Assembly: GCA_004431415.1 (NCBI GenBank)
Contig: QPMI01000556.1
Location: forward strand, 1-64,000
DNA: 64,000 nucleotides
From: Cyanophora paradoxa CCMP329
Lineage: Eukaryota > Plantae > Glaucophyta
Reading direction: 5' to 3'
The notes beneath the pieces are model-generated. The model worked only from the letters and a program-made list of their open reading frames with translations. It was not told the DNA's origin and made no database searches. Position numbers and translations under genes: made by a program. Positions 1 through 13,291 of this stretch are shown here, in pieces. Numbering within the stretch: position 1 is the first letter of the stretch; each line of letters begins with the position of its first letter.

Positions 1-270
1 ACGTTCTGCTGATGGACGTGCCCGACTTGAACGTCACGACATCTCGAACGTCAACACGTGCATCAACAAGGTCGTGATCCCGACGTGGGGCCACGACGGC
101 CTCGAGAACACCATCCTCTACTGGTTCGAGGTGCCCATGGCCGTGCGCCCGAACTACGTCGCGTACGACAAGTTCCAGAGCTGCGCGTGCGCTTCACCGA
201 CATCACGGCGCCACCAAGAGAACAACGCCTTCATCGTCAAGAACTTCGGCCTCTGGCCTTTGCGAAATAG
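1..270 (+). CDS. C-terminal fragment of a putative minor capsid (penton-like) protein, frameshifted
   Basis: Merged frames read ...LLMDVPDLN..SNVNTCINKVVIP...WFEVPMAVRPNYVAYDKFQ.LRVRFTD...FIVKNFGLW; beta-rich, with an 'LRVRFTD' motif resembling the C-terminus of Polinton/PLV pentons. Confidence 0.35.
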
Positions 271-786
271 ATTTTCGCAGGCCCCCCTTAAATGCGCCTG
301 ATCATATTCCCGCGAAAGGGCTCGGGCGTCAAGACGCGCACCTTTACGGCGTGCCTGGCTACCCCTCGCCCCTCACTTACAGAGTCGATCTTGTAACCGC
401 CTCTGGTCCAATTAAATACGGGCTGCTGCACAGCCTCAGTCACATCCCGTCTCGCGAGAGCGCATGGCAGACTTGGCCTTAATCGTAGAATTCGAGTACA
501 GGGGGGTAGACACGCTAACGGCGAGCACGTTTACAGGGTACGGGTAGCAAGGGAGGGGTACTCGCTGCCGAACGCACGGGCGGGAATACTGGGAGCCGAA
601 AATACGCGACGCCTCCGAGGCCTACCGCTGGCTGCGTGACGAGCAGATCACATCAGCCCGATTACCCCTAACGCCGACGTTTTCTGGCAGGTGCCCGTGG
701 CCGTTGGACAACGGGCGAGGTGAGCGGCAAGCTGAAGTGGACGTGGGACGCGGAGCATTAGTTAATTTTTCTCTCTCGCGGATAAA

Positions 787-3700
787 ATGTCGATGCCGAC
801 GACCCCTGGCGCATGGCCATCCCGAATCCGGACGAGGTGCTGAACGGCGCCTTCGCGATAGACGGGAGCCTGAGCGTGAGGGGAATTTACGCGGACGAGA
901 TAAGGCTGCGCAAGGCGCGCGACCTACAGCGATTCCTGACGTCCGTCGGTACCTTGGACGATTACGGTGACTCACCGCAATTATCAAGGGCTCTGGGCGT
1001 CACGACCGAGACGGGCGTGGACTGGAACATTATTAAGAGGGCGGCCGACGTGAAAATCGCAAACTCCGTTACAGCGAAAGACGCCACCCTGAACCTCGTG
1101 AAACTGACTCTAAAGGGCGCAGAGGGGACGTGAGGCCCGGGTACAACGCACTCGAGCGCATCGCGGCCCCCTGCCCACATCTACTGGAGCCGCCAGGCGC
1201 TGCCGAGCATGAGCCCGAGCAGTACAGGCGCGACAGGGAGGAGTTTTTCGCGTGGTTCGACCACTTCAAGTGAACATCCGCGCCCTGAGCGCCGACAGGA
1301 CGGGCGAGACGCCGGAGACGACGGGCGGGGCCGCATCCCAACGGCACCCGACGTGCTCCCGATCGCTCAGACTGGGCGAAGACGCAGAACTGGGCGCTGA
1401 AGACCACTTCCACGACGAGAGGTACGCCCTCGTCAAGCACCCGCATGTGAAGGCCGACATCACGGACTGGGCGCACCGCCACCTGTACGACGACATCATC
1501 GGCGGCCCAAGGTGCCGGCGCGATTCCGGGTGGGTACGGGCGCGAAGCACGGGAGGTGGGGGTACAGGCACCGGGGTGGGGGTACAGCACCGGGGTGGGG
1601 TACAGGCACGGGGGGCGGAGGGGCTCCAGTGGCACGCCCGTGGAGGGGGCGGGGTAGCAGCGGCTCGGGTGGCGGCGGCTCGGGCGGAGAGAGCGGCGGA
1701 GGGGTACGCTCGTCCGATCCTTGGTACAACAACGGGAATCTTCGGCGCGGCCCTGATTGCAGGCGGTGCAAAGTACTACAGGATCGGAAGCGTACGAAAG
1801 GACATTGCAGAGCTGCAGAAAGATAACAAACGATCGTTTACTCAGACGAGCAGGTGAGAATACTGCAAGGAGCTGAAGACAAGGAGCGGCAATTTTAACG
1901 AAATGAGGACAGCGGCCGAGAAAAAGATAGCGACGATTTGAAAGAGGCGAGCGATAGAATTGAGAAATCCCTGGAGCCGAGGAGAAAGCCGAATCCGAAG
2001 AGAGAGGCCATAGGATCGTGGAAAACGCGATAAGGAGGCAAAGGAGCAGGCAAGACCGAGCTGGAGAAACTGGACATGGAAATAGCAAACAAGGTCACAT
2101 AGCAAACAGGTCGAAGAGGGCACAAAGATGCTGACGATGAGCGAAAGGCAGCGAGGAGCAAGCCAGAAAAGCAAAGAGGATTTAAGGCAGCTCGACTGCG
2201 AGAACAGGAGAGGCAAAGCAGAGGGCTCGCATCCACCATACGATTCAACCTAGAGCAGCAAGTGAAAACGCTGACGGCCGAGCTGCAGAGGATAGGGACG
2301 GCTGTGCCAAGGCACAATGAGACGCAGACGACGCCAAGGCCCGATCCAAGGCCGGCGCCGAGAGGCTGCCTTCGCGCGGCTGGGTAGGAGCGACCAGTGG
2401 AAGAGCTCATTGGCCTCACGCTCGAGGATCAGAGGCCCTCTTCGACGCGTTAGAGCACGGCGCAGGGCGGACGAGGAGGCAGCTGCCAAGACAGAAGAGG
2501 AACGACTGAAGGCAATGCAAACTGCATCAGACGAGGAATTTGCACGGCTGGAGAGCCGAAGGTAGCGGAGCGTAAGCGACGACTGAGACGTTCAGGGGCG
2601 CAGATGGATTTTTACCGCTCGAGCTCAAAAAGACTGAAAGAAGGAAATGCATCGGGGACAGGCTCCGCGCCATGGAAGAGAACATCGCGACTTTAGCTAC
2701 GTTATGGATCAGCTGACGGAAGGGTCAGAAAGACGCCGAAGAACTGAGGAGAAAGATGGCCGATGAGAAGTGAAAAACTTGAGCGTCAGCTGTTCAGAGG
2801 CCCATCAGCGATGCCATCTGGATAGCATACGCGACGTGGAGAGATGCACAGAGAACTGCGGACGGAAGCGAGCCTGTGGCGGGGAGCCCTCGAATGTCAC
2901 TGTACCGGATACAAAGGGGAGTTTTTGGCAGAGCTGCGAGCCAATCCGAAAACGTGACGCGGCGCACAGAGCGCGTACCTTCCATGGTCGATACGTGGCA
3001 AGCTGAGCAAATTTGGGAAATGCGAAGAGCCATCATTCCAGCGGAGGGCTCGCGCAGTACGATGCCATGTGCGCGATCTGGAGGCCTTCAAACGTGAGCA
3101 CCCACCCGCCAAATACAAGATTCACATAGATACGACGCATTCATGGGCGATCTAAGAAGAGAGGAACGAGGCCAAGAGTCAGATCGAGGAGCGCTACAGA
3201 AAGGCCCAAGCGGACAAGGAGTACGCAAACAGGGTGATCGAAGAGCGAAGCAGCAAGCCAAGGAGAACGCGGCGAGACGCAACGCCGAGATAGAAGAGCA
3301 GAGCGGAAGATCGCAGAGCGCAAGGCGCAGAGAAGAGGCAAGAAAGACAAGGTAGAGACAGAGTACCAAGCATTGAAACGGGAGGCCAATCAAATATTAA
3401 AACGAAGGGAAGGGCGTACGCCGATGAGCGCGGGCGTCGGCTTGGCCAGCCAGACGACATCACACTCGCGAGAGGGACGACGTTTCCGTGGAGGAGATGC
3501 GCCCGGGCACGCCGCCTGCCCTCCGAGGGCGTGTTTCAGACGCTCGACAGGCGCGTGATGGGCGACTCGGACGTTATTTTGCGCAACGCCTCATGCCCTA
3601 CGGCGACTGGAACCGCGCCACCGCCGACGCCCTCGCCGATTCGACCTCGAGCGATCACCACCAAAGAGCAGCGCGACGCGTACCTGGGCGCCCGAGGGCA

Positions 3701-4490
3701 AGGCGCCCGGGTGGCCAAGAGGCCCTCAGCGCCGAGACGCTCTTCTCGGCGCGGTACGGCGAACAACGACGGCATGTCTTTCGGGCAGCCGATTTATTTC
3801 AGGGGGCGGCATCGACTTGTGGGCGCCGGCTCGGGGTACGGCTCGCGGCCATGCGGCGGCGGCGCGCGGCGGCGGCGGCCTTGGCTGCGACGGCCGCGGC
3901 CTGCTCTCGGCTACCAGGCGCTCTCGCAGGGCAAGATAGGGAGGCGAGTTCTTCGATACGTTCCGCGATCAGATGATCATGACGGTCGGCTCTTTTGGCC
4001 TTCAGACGGCATGTCGTCCGCCTGAGCGCCCTCACGAAAATGAGGATCGGCACGGTGGGCGGACTTGGCCTGTCCATCCTCGCGGGCGCCATCGCGCAGG
4101 TGATCGTGATATCATCAACGGGCGCAGCGCGGAAGAAATCGTGAAGAACTTTTCAAGTACCCCGTCGACTGGGCGACCGACACCATACAGTTCATCGCGG
4201 AGCTCTCCAACAGATCTACGACTGGGCGTCGAACGTGGGCGACGAGCGAGCCAGCTGCGCACCGAATAATCGGCTGGAGGGCAGCTGGGCTCCGGATTTT
4301 TGGTGTGTACGACCCTCGAGGCGCGCGAAATGCCTCGCTCTTGGCCCAGGAGCTGCGGTTAAACAAATCAAGAGCCGAAGGAGCTGCAGCCTTCATTCGC
4401 GCGCTCGACAACAGCATCAACGATTACCGTACCCCAAGGACCAGAAACCCTGCTCGAATCGATCGCGCGACCTGCTCTTCCTCCCAGCTC
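787..4490 (+). CDS. Long viral protein(s) with Gly/Thr linker and extended E/K/R/A coiled-coil; many frameshifts
   Basis: TAAAATG at 787; ORF pieces 813-1133 and 1252-1857; purine-rich coiled-coil-coding tract ~1800-3450 (e.g. ARRRADEEAAAKTEEERLKAMQ). End uncertain; may be continuous with the next gene. Confidence 0.45.
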
Positions 4491-4498
4491 ACCGTAAA

Positions 4499-6777
4499 AT
4501 GCAGGAGGCTTCGGTCGACTTCGCTCGCCTGAGTCGACTTATGCGCGACCTAAGCAGATGATAAAGGAGAGACCAAGGGGCGAAGCGCGTCTTAATTGCC
4601 GTCTACAGAGGGCCTCACAGGATCAATCACATCGAAGCCCTAAGGCGCGAATTCGGCTCGCCATCCGTCACTCGGCGTCTCGTCGACGAGGGGCGCAGGT
4701 GGCCCGCCTGCGGACGCCAACTCGCGCCTCGAGATTCCCGGACCTTCCGCATGCAGATTGTGGGAGCCGAGGCTTCAGGAATACGGGCCTTCATAGACAA
4801 CGGATCAATTCGCAGAGCCCCAAGGCAAACTGGCTGTACCAAGGCCTACGTCGATAAATTGGTTGACAGCTGCAGCACCATACACCAAGAAGATCGCCAA
4901 AGGCATCGAGTACTGGGCGCCCGAGCCAGGCCAGCCCGTGTTTGCATCGCAGAACTACGAGTGGCACATGGCGCCGGGCGAGCCAGGCCGTGAGCACCGT
5001 GGGCGTTGCCGTGCCGCAGCTGCGACGGTGGCACACACGGGGCGTATGCAGATCTCAGCGGGAGGCCGACGATACCCGTGATACCAACAACGTGGCGTGG
5101 ATAGCATCACGGGAAGCCGAGTACGTATCCCCACGCAGACCACCAGCACACCATCTCTCAATCAGCGACTGGACGCCCCGGACTTGACGAACATCTCCGT
5201 GGATTGGGACAACGTAACGGCAAGCCACTTACCTTCCCCCCTCTACACACAGTCACATGTGTACTGGGTAATGTCATCGACCGACCCACTTCCTTCCACC
5301 CTCTACGCACAGTCACACAGATACTCGCTCACCAGCCACGGCACAGAAACGTGAACATGGATGCGTACATAACGCACGGCACGTCCTTCCACTCCTACGC
5401 TGCGTACACGGAGTTTAACATCAATTCAACATACACGGTGACGTTCAACATTACATTCGACAGGCGTACGACACTGGAGGCGACTGGGGACCCAGCAAAC
5501 CCAACGCCGTTATTAACGTAACCCCTCGTTCGACATCAATCCCGGCGCAGCACGGATGTCGATTTCTACGGGGCCAACGTCACGGCGGTGAGTCACACTG
5601 GCTTTACAGTTAAAGTGAGATTCCAACCCAGAATGACGGTCACGCCCACCCAAATTGTCCAGCTTTTATTCATTGGACCGCGATCGGCAAGCTGCTTATG
5701 TAATCGATTTTCTGATGCAATCCAAAATGTCGGTCGCTGTCCCTCTATTTACCTATGCTGCCAGCGTGAATCACAAGGGCGATCACACGATTAAGGAGAC
5801 CACCCTCGGAAACCAGGCCACCGAGGCCCCTACAACGCCACGGCCGTCCCTTTTCCGAGGCCGACCTCGTCGCGTCGGCGAGCTGCGCTGCGACAAGATG
5901 CGCACGCGGAGGGCGGGTCGGCCGTGCCGGGGCGCGTGAGGACGCAGAGGCTCACCGTCACGAACGGGCCTGGACGGGAGCGGTACACCACGAATCAGGT
6001 GACCTTTAATGGACTGTGAACGGGAGGGAATGCGGCTCTGTATGTGCAAGGAGGCGAGCAAACGTGGTGGGGGGCTTAGGGTGAGCGGGGCTTCAAACTT
6101 GGCGGGCATCGTTACATTGGACGATAAGCTGCAAATTACCGGAACGTCACCGTACATAAATGGCGGTGGTTCAGGCGTAGCTATAAGTAACAACGAAAAC
6201 GATAGACTCCTCTGTGGGACTCTTGGCGTTGGTGTTACAGGTACTCTATTTACCTCGGCAATCGAAGGCCCTACTAATGGCCTAAGCATAGCAAACACTT
6301 CAATCGTTGATAGCGGAAGCGTCAGCGTCAGCTCTGGTCTATCCTTGAGAAACAACGCACCGAACGACTGCTGTGCGGAACCGTCGGCGTTGGCATCACG
6401 GGTCGGCTCATCGTCTCGACGCTCACGGGCGATGGAAACCGAGCCGTTTATTCGGATGCTCAAGGATACCTGACAAACTCGTCGAGCGATAGCCGCCTGA
6501 AAGAAAATGTCGCGAGCATGTCGGGCATTCTCCCTCTTCTGCTGCAGCTGAATCCCGTGTCGTTCACCTGGAAGAACACATCCTCGGGGGTTCGAAACGG
6601 ATTACGGTCTCATCGCACAGGAAGTCCAAGGCGTCTTCCGAGTCTCGTTTTCGAGAACGCGGATGGATTTCTCGGGTAAACTACGACAGGCTCATTTCCC
6701 TGTCGTTGAAGGCAATTCAGGAACTTTCACAAGAAGTTCAAACTCTCAAAGACCAGGTAGCGGCACTGGCGAGCTGA
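4499..6777 (+). CDS. Fibre/spike protein with C-terminal intramolecular chaperone (Peptidase_S74), frameshifted
   Basis: 6480-6777 reads SSDSRLKENV...LLQLNPVSFTWKN...YGLIAQEVQGVF..LV......VNYDRLISLSLKAIQELSQEVQTLKDQVAALAS*, the classic S74 signature; upstream are Gly/Ser/Thr beta-helix-like segments. Confidence 0.85.
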
Positions 6778-6797
6778 TCTGGAACAACTAGGAATAA

Positions 6798-8902
6798 CTA
6801 CACCGCGAGTATCACAATTCGACCGTTGCCACCGTCGCTGAAAGACGAGCCACCGTTGCCGCCCCTACCAATGCCTGCTGCGTAGTGAGCGTCTCCGCTA
6901 TTTCCTGCCACCTGGCCGGACCCAGGATACACCGTAGCATCCGTCAAGTTTCCTATGTAGCTCGAGCCACCGCCACCTCCAAACATTCTTGCTATTGGGT
7001 TCTCTGACACTCCGCTCCTGCTGACCCAGAGCCTCCACCGAAGTAACCACCACCACCACACCACCGAACCTGTAGCCGCTTGAATCAGCCCAGTCTCTCC
7101 ACCTTGGCGCAAAGTTCCCGGTTGCTGGGCCTGGCCCCTGAGGCCACAACACCGCTCCGCCAGCGGTTTGGGTGCCTCCTTGAGCCGGTATCTCTCCGTT
7201 ACTCCAACCAACCCAGCCGCACCACCGTCAACCCCCGCCTACTCCCCGCCGCCATTCGAATCACATGTACCCCACCTCCGGCCCCTGCAACAACCAAGTC
7301 GTCCCTGCAACGCGCTGAATTGCAGAACGACCACCACCGGCGCCGTTTTGTACTCCGGATCGACGCTATGGCTCCAGCCCCTTCCACACCTCCGTAGACG
7401 GTAGCAGTGCAGTCCCCGATACACCCTTTGGGCCGCCGCATCCAACAACAAGGATGAGCGTCTCCCGAGGACACAGCCAATGTACCAACTACGCAAGCAC
7501 CCGCGCCTCCACGGACCCCGTACCTGCGCGTTCTCCGCCTCCACCCCGGCCGCCCATACGATGACACGCACAGCCACAGTCCCCGTTGGTACTACGAAAG
7601 TCTGGTCGGCCCGGTGTAGGAGAATGTACCCAAAACAGGAGCGTTTGCAGTTGTTGCACTGGCAGACGAGGACTGAGGCCTTCCTCGCCGATCTGGTTGA
7701 CGCCCTTGATGGTGTAAGTGTAAGTGGTTCCGTAAACGGTCGTTGTGTCCGAAAAGGGGCTGCTCGTGTCGCTGGCAAGGAACACGCCACCCTGTAGATG
7801 TTGTAGGAGACGTGACGCCCGTCACCGGCACCGACCACTCGAGCACAACAGGCTGTGCTGCCCCCGCCGCGGGGTTGCAGTGAGCCCAGTGGCGCCCCCG
7901 GGTCCGTGGTGACGTACGCCGCAATACTCTTCGGCCCCTCCCTCCCGTGTTCGTCGCGGAGATCTGGTACTCGTACCCTGTACCCCAGACGGTGGTCGTG
8001 TCGCTGTAGGAGTTGGTCGCGGAGTCTGTGAGGTAGGCCCCGTCTCTGTAAATCTTGTATCCCGTCGCTCCCGTGACGCAGTCCAGCTGAGGCTGACAGG
8101 CTGCTGCTGGTCGTTGGTGCTGATGCCGTCACGTTCGTGGGGCGTTTGGCATAGTCCAGACCAGGAGCGGATCGGACTTGTCGTATTCGACACCGCCCAC
8201 GATGCCGGCCACCTGGTAAGAGTATTCCGTGCCCCACGTAAGAGCAGTGCTATCGTCAATGTACGAGGTAGACAGGGCACTGCTCGCAAATCCGATTGGC
8301 GTACCGTTCCTGTAAATTCGAATCGAGTCCGCGCCCTCCATGGCCACCAGTTGATTGTGACGACTATGGCGGTTTCGGAAGCCCGAAGACGCGGGGCCGC
8401 CCCGGCAATAAAATCGCCGTAGGTCTGGCCGTGGCGGTCGTGAGCGTGGTGTAGGCTTCGATCTGCGGGCTGAAGCCGCCTATGCCTTGGAAGAGAATGT
8501 AATTGCTCATGGCACCTCGTGGGTGTAGAGAAGCGACTGTGCGTAGGTTTGGGCGGGGCTTTGCCATCAGAGCCCGTGCTGCTGCTGCCCTGTTCGCGAA
8601 CCGCCGCCACGCGGTAGAGTCGCTGGGCCCCAAACTAAAGGGAGAGTCCGTGTAGGTGACGGTTGGCGCATTCACCGTGGCCACGAGATCCCAGGGCCGT
8701 TGATGCTGGTCGCCCTGTACACCTTGTACTTGACGGCGTTGGTGACCGCGACCCAGTTCAGCTGAAAGCCGTACGTACTGTTCCCGTTGTTGAGCACGGA
8801 GCCCGATCGCACCTGGGGCCTGCCCACAGTCAGCGAGATCGGCTCCACGCCATACTGCGGAGCCTGCACCACCTGCTTTTTCACGAATACGAAGCGGGGC
8901 AT
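6798..8902 (-). CDS. Fibronectin type III repeat + glycine-rich (ALK/LTK-like Gly_rich) protein, frameshifted
   Basis: FN3 motifs (LNWVAVTNAVKYKVYR, YRNGTPIG...YIDD...TEYSYQVAG, YGTTYTYTIKGVN); QTFVVPTG...RVIVWAAG...GGAGA; GGGGGSSYI; ends GGNGRIVILAV*. Confidence 0.75.
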
Positions 8903-8941
8903 TTTCCTCTACGATCCGAAAAAATATCTGCCCCGGGGTAA

Positions 8942-9575
8942 ATGACTTCCAACTGTACCAGACCCTCAGCGCTCACTTGACGTTGGCAACAACACCAAGG
9001 ATTTCGCACGCATACCCTCCGGCAGTTACGTCGACGTCTTTCTGCAGAATCCCGTCGTGATTCAGGTCGTTCAGAACGCCTACGCCACGCCCAAGATTTA
9101 TTCCTACCAGCTCTTCTTCGACCCTCTGAGCCTCAGCGCAGAGGTTATCGAGCTGCTGCACGAATCAGGACTCGTGAAAAAGGTGGCACCTGCCACGGCC
9201 ACTGCCAACGTCTTGCGCTGTCTCGAGGTCAAGTTCAGGAGACGGGTACGGCCCACCGTGAACCGGTACCCCAGTTCTTCGAATCTTCCGGGTACGGGAA
9301 CTTACCAGATGAGGGTACGCTCAAGGGCGACGTGCTCTTCACGAAATTCAATCCAAGTCCCGCGACCTGGGGCCCTCTACACGGGCGGCAACCCACGCGG
9401 CTCGACTCTACCCCGCTTCCCCTTCACCTTTTCAGGTTCCAGGTCTTCCCCTCTCCTACGCCGCCGACCAGCCCCACTCAGCACGGGCGCCAGCCTCTGC
9501 GCGGAGCTGCGTGAGTGCTCGATTTCCTACGCGTACGGCACCGACGCTGACTCTGTGCCTGGGCCCGCGTCATGA
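8942..9575 (+). CDS. Hypothetical viral protein, paralog 1 (frameshifted)
   Basis: Shares QNPV, FD..S.SA, SGL.KK..P, R.LE.KF, LFTKF and L.AEL.E motifs with the downstream ORF. Confidence 0.55.
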
Positions 9576-9633
9576 ACATCGGTGGCGACATCACCCTCTT
9601 TCACGGATAATCTTTCTCATTTGAGGTCGCAAA

Positions 9634-10457
9634 ATGCCGACCACCTCGCCACCATCGTGAAGACCGTGTCTGCCGGCTCGATCGTCCCCGATTTCTACGG
9701 CAACGCTGGAACGTGGCCAACGCAGGGACGGACAAGGTGGAGTGGGACGGAAACTACGCCACCCCGCTCACCGTGAGGGTCCAGAATCCCGTCATGTTGC
9801 GCGTCACCTCCAACGATTTCGAGAATCCCGCCTCCTGCTCCGTGTACGTGTACTTTGACATCGACTCGGGCGTGAGCGCGGATGAGGCGGAGGCGCTCTG
9901 GCTCTCGGGCCTCCTGAAAAAGATAGAGCCCTCTGTGCCTGATCGGCCCGCCATTCGCGTGCTCGAACTCAAGTTCACCGCTAACACCGCCCTCACTCGC
10001 AAATTCGGGAATGTGCGAATCCGAACATCAAAACGCATTTAGATGGCGCCCTCATCGATGCCACACACAAGACCACGCAGGCCGTTCCCTTTGAGATGTA
10101 CAACCTCTGGAAGATGACCGCAAAGGAATGATGACGAATGCCACCACGGGCGGCGCCTCGGTACCGATTATTCATACGGCGCCTCGAATCCCCGTACCCA
10201 GGTCTGGCCCGGCTCCTCTTCACGAAATTCACTTTCAAATTGTACAACAACATCGCCGGAATGCCTACCTCTGGAATGGTCGTGGCTCTACCCTCATGGC
10301 CGAACTAATTGAGGCAGAGGCGGACTACACGACTGCGACTACCAACTCGACAGCGCCAGGCGCCGGAGCCGAAGTTTACGTGCCTGGGAAACGGTTGGTC
10401 GCGAGTACGACACCAAGATTCACACCACTAGCGTCTAGACTGGCTAAGCTGCATTAG
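9634..10457 (+). CDS. Hypothetical viral protein, paralog 2 (frameshifted)
   Basis: CAAAATG at 9634; ORF pieces 9713-10042 and 10128-10457 align with paralog 1. Confidence 0.55.
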
Positions 10458-10785
10458 CGCCTGTGCCGCCTCCATCATCTCCCGAATCTCCTCGCTCTTC
10501 TCCTGTAAATTGGCGTACCCCCTCCTCTTCTTGCGAATATCCGACATTGATGCCCAGCGCAGGTTCTCCTCCTGTAGTCCAGCGGTTGCCGTTGATGTGT
10601 TCCACGTAGCGTCCACGTGCGACTTCCGAGGATCAGTTGGAGAGGTAGTGCTTGCGCCCTCCAAACGTCTTGCTCACCCTGTCCCTGTCCACTCTCCAGG
10701 AAACTCCAAGGCACTCGGGGTACGTCCGAGTTGACCAGGACGTTGTAGGCGACGTCTTGCGAGTCGTGCACCGGAGCAGGGCCAT
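10428..10785 (-). CDS. Small hypothetical viral protein (frameshifted)
   Basis: AAAATG start at 10785; helical C-terminus IRKKRRGYANLQEKSEEIREMMEAAQAL. Confidence 0.35.
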
Positions 10786-10806
10786 TTTGCCCTAGGTTCA
10801 GAAAAA

Positions 10807-10890
10807 CCTGGGACTTGGGACTTGGACTTGGGACTTGGGACTTGGGAAGAGTTGAAACCCAGTCCCGGCCCAGACTTTCTCCAGGATCAG
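10807..10890 (+). repeat. (GGGACTT)n heptamer array plus flank; left arm of an imperfect inverted repeat
   Basis: cctgggacttgggacttggacttgggacttgggacttgggaagagtt...ggcccagactttctc. Confidence 0.9.
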
Positions 10891-11228
10891 AAATTGTCAG
10901 ACAAGTCAGGTGAGTTTTCTACCGACTTTTTTACTCCTACCACCCCTCGTACTCTTTTTTACTCGTAGTCTTTTTTACTCGTATCCCATCTCGTACCCTC
11001 CTTCTCTCGACATCTCGCACGAATACTCCTACCCCTCTTCACATCCTTTTTCGGTTGCATACTCTCGTGAGCTTTCATGTCCAGTATCATGCTACAAGTC
11101 GTACACCAGTTCAGACTCTACCTCGCTTGAAATCTCACCTGGAATGTCACCAGAAACGTCGTATCCAAATTTCCGTACCCTTTCTAAGTCTGCCCGGTGG
11201 TTAGGGACTTGGCACGGCAAACTCTCAG

Positions 11229-11323
11229 ATCCAGAGAAAGTCTGGGCCAGACCCTGAGTCTAACTCTTCCCAAGTCCCAAGTCCCAAGTCCCAAGTCCCA
11301 AGTCCCAAGTCCCAAGTCCCAGG
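11229..11323 (-). repeat. (GGGACTT)n heptamer array plus flank; right arm of the inverted repeat
   Basis: gagaaagtctgggcc...aactcttcccaagt(cccaagt)n cccagg, the reverse complement of the 10807-10890 arm. Confidence 0.9.
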
Positions 11324-11390
11324 ATCGCGCCAAGTCATAACTGAATAGTCGGCCAATTTTTACAAGTATGTACAATGGAATGACGCAATA

Positions 11391-12438
11391 CTATTTACAG
11401 CATCTCAAAGTCAGAATCATCGTCATCGGAAACCAAGTCAATCGGGGCCTCGGGCGCGGACTTAAGGGGAATGCGGGAAGGGCCTGCGCTGCCTGCACTA
11501 AGTCCTGCCGCTCCTGCTCGCGCTGCGCCGCCAAGGCCGCTGCCGCCTCTGCCTCGCGCCGCTGCTGAGCCTCGACGCGCGCCCTAAGTTCCGCTGCCTC
11601 CTTCTTCTTGCGCTCGGCAATCTTGGCCAGCGTCATCTCGCGACGAAGAAGGCGCTCGTGACGCAACTTGCGCCGGAGTTCGGCCATTTCGCGCTTGGCG
11701 ATGATGCGCTTCTCAATGGTCTTGACGTGCTGAGTCAGGCGCTTGCTGAAGTGTGACGTGACGCGAGAACGGGCAATGCCAGCGCCGATCTTCAAGTCTT
11801 TTCGTGTTCCTTGGCGGATTCTTGACTCGCTCGGAGTTGTCGGTGAATGACGTGGTCTCCATGAACTTCTTCTTGACGATTGACTTGGTCTTGATAATGC
11901 GGCGCTTGCGAGTCGGTTTTCGTTGTCGCCTTCAGAGTCGGAAGAGGACTCAGAGTCGTATGGAATCGGCACGTCAAAGTCGATAAAGTCGTTGATGTCA
12001 GACTCGGCGTCAGAGGCCTCGGACTCGGCGTCATCGACTGGCTCGGGAGCGGGCTCGGCGACGGCTGAGGGCAGATGACGACGATGACGGAGGGGGAAAT
12101 TCGTGAAGACTTGAGGGGATAGGCCCAGGCGAGCGTCTCGGCGGCAGACTCGGCGAAAAGCTTGGGTCGCCCCAGCCAGTGGGAGTCTTGACCCAGCCGG
12201 GACGGGGGCACGTCGACGGGCTCGGGCTTGGCTCGGGCTTGGGTTGCTTGGACTTGGGCAGAAGGGTGGATACAAAGTTGAGGTTGATGGTATGGAAGCC
12301 TTCTCCGCTGTGAGCTTGGTAGAGGTACCCCAGCTTGCGGGCACGCTTCTCCATTTCACGGGTAGGCCAATCGCGGGACTTAGCCCACATCTCACGGGCC
12401 TTGGCAAGGTCCTCGACAAGCTCAGAGGGAATCGACAT
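11391..12438 (-). CDS. Hypothetical viral protein with Pro-rich and acidic linkers, possible C2H2-like finger and coiled-coil tail (frameshifted)
   Basis: MSIPSELVEDLAKAREMW...; acidic DDAESEASDAESD; WHCPF...TSHFSKRLTQHVKT; coiled-coil end. Confidence 0.45.
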
Positions 12439-12942
12439 CTGCGCAAAGGAAGAGAGATCAGCAAAGGCAAAACGTGAGGTGACTGAGAGAGCGGACTTGT
12501 GAAAATTCGGAGAGGCGGGATTCCTTGGGCTGAGAGAAGGCGGCGAACCCGTTTCAAGAGTGAGCCAAAATGGCGGCGGACCGCGGTTTGTGGGCGATTT
12601 TTTTCGCGGTCTAGTTCGCAACGGAAAACGTTGCCAACTGGCCTGAAAAAAGCCAAATTTAGCGTTGGGCCGAAGGCAGAAAAAGGGAGCCGGCCTGACG
12701 GAAATCGCCCGAGTGCGTCCGCCGAAGGTCGAGTCTCGGGCCGGGGTACACCCTCAGGGGCCCCCCTGGCCCCTCACCCTGGTAGTACCCTCTCAAAGGG
12801 ATTTTCGAAGCCGTACAATTCTTGGTAAGTCTCGTAATCCGGGCTGTACCCCTCACAATCTGCGGGAGCCCCATTGAAAGCCTCCGTCTATCCTCTCTCA
12901 ATTCCCTGCGGAAAAGACTGCGGTCGCTTCGAGCTTCGCGCG

Positions 12943-13241
12943 TCACGCCAGCTGGCGTGGTCTATGATTGTTAGGGTTGTCGTAGCCTGGCCCCACCAGC
13001 CTCACGAAATTTTCGCGTATGGCCTCGGGGAGACTCTGGAAACGGTTCGTTGCGTGGAACTCAATCCATTCATTGAATCGACGCGGATATTGACGGATGA
13101 CTTCAAGCACGCCCTGTAAGTTGGGCTCTGGTGTTACGTCGGGATGTCATGTCCTGTGAGGTGCCAGCGCCAGAACTCGCGCAGCCTCTCGAATGCCATA
13201 TGCAACTCAAAGGGGAAATCGTAATAGAGATTGCCTGACAT
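12943..13241 (-). CDS. Small hypothetical protein (one frameshift)
   Basis: GAAAATG start, MSGNLYYDFPFELHMAFERLREFW..., continuing LQGVLEVIRQYPRRFNEWIEFH...QLA*. Confidence 0.3.
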
Positions 13242-13291
13242 TTTCTCCCCGTCCGAAAATTTCCCCGCTTTTGAGTCTAGACTCTGATTCC

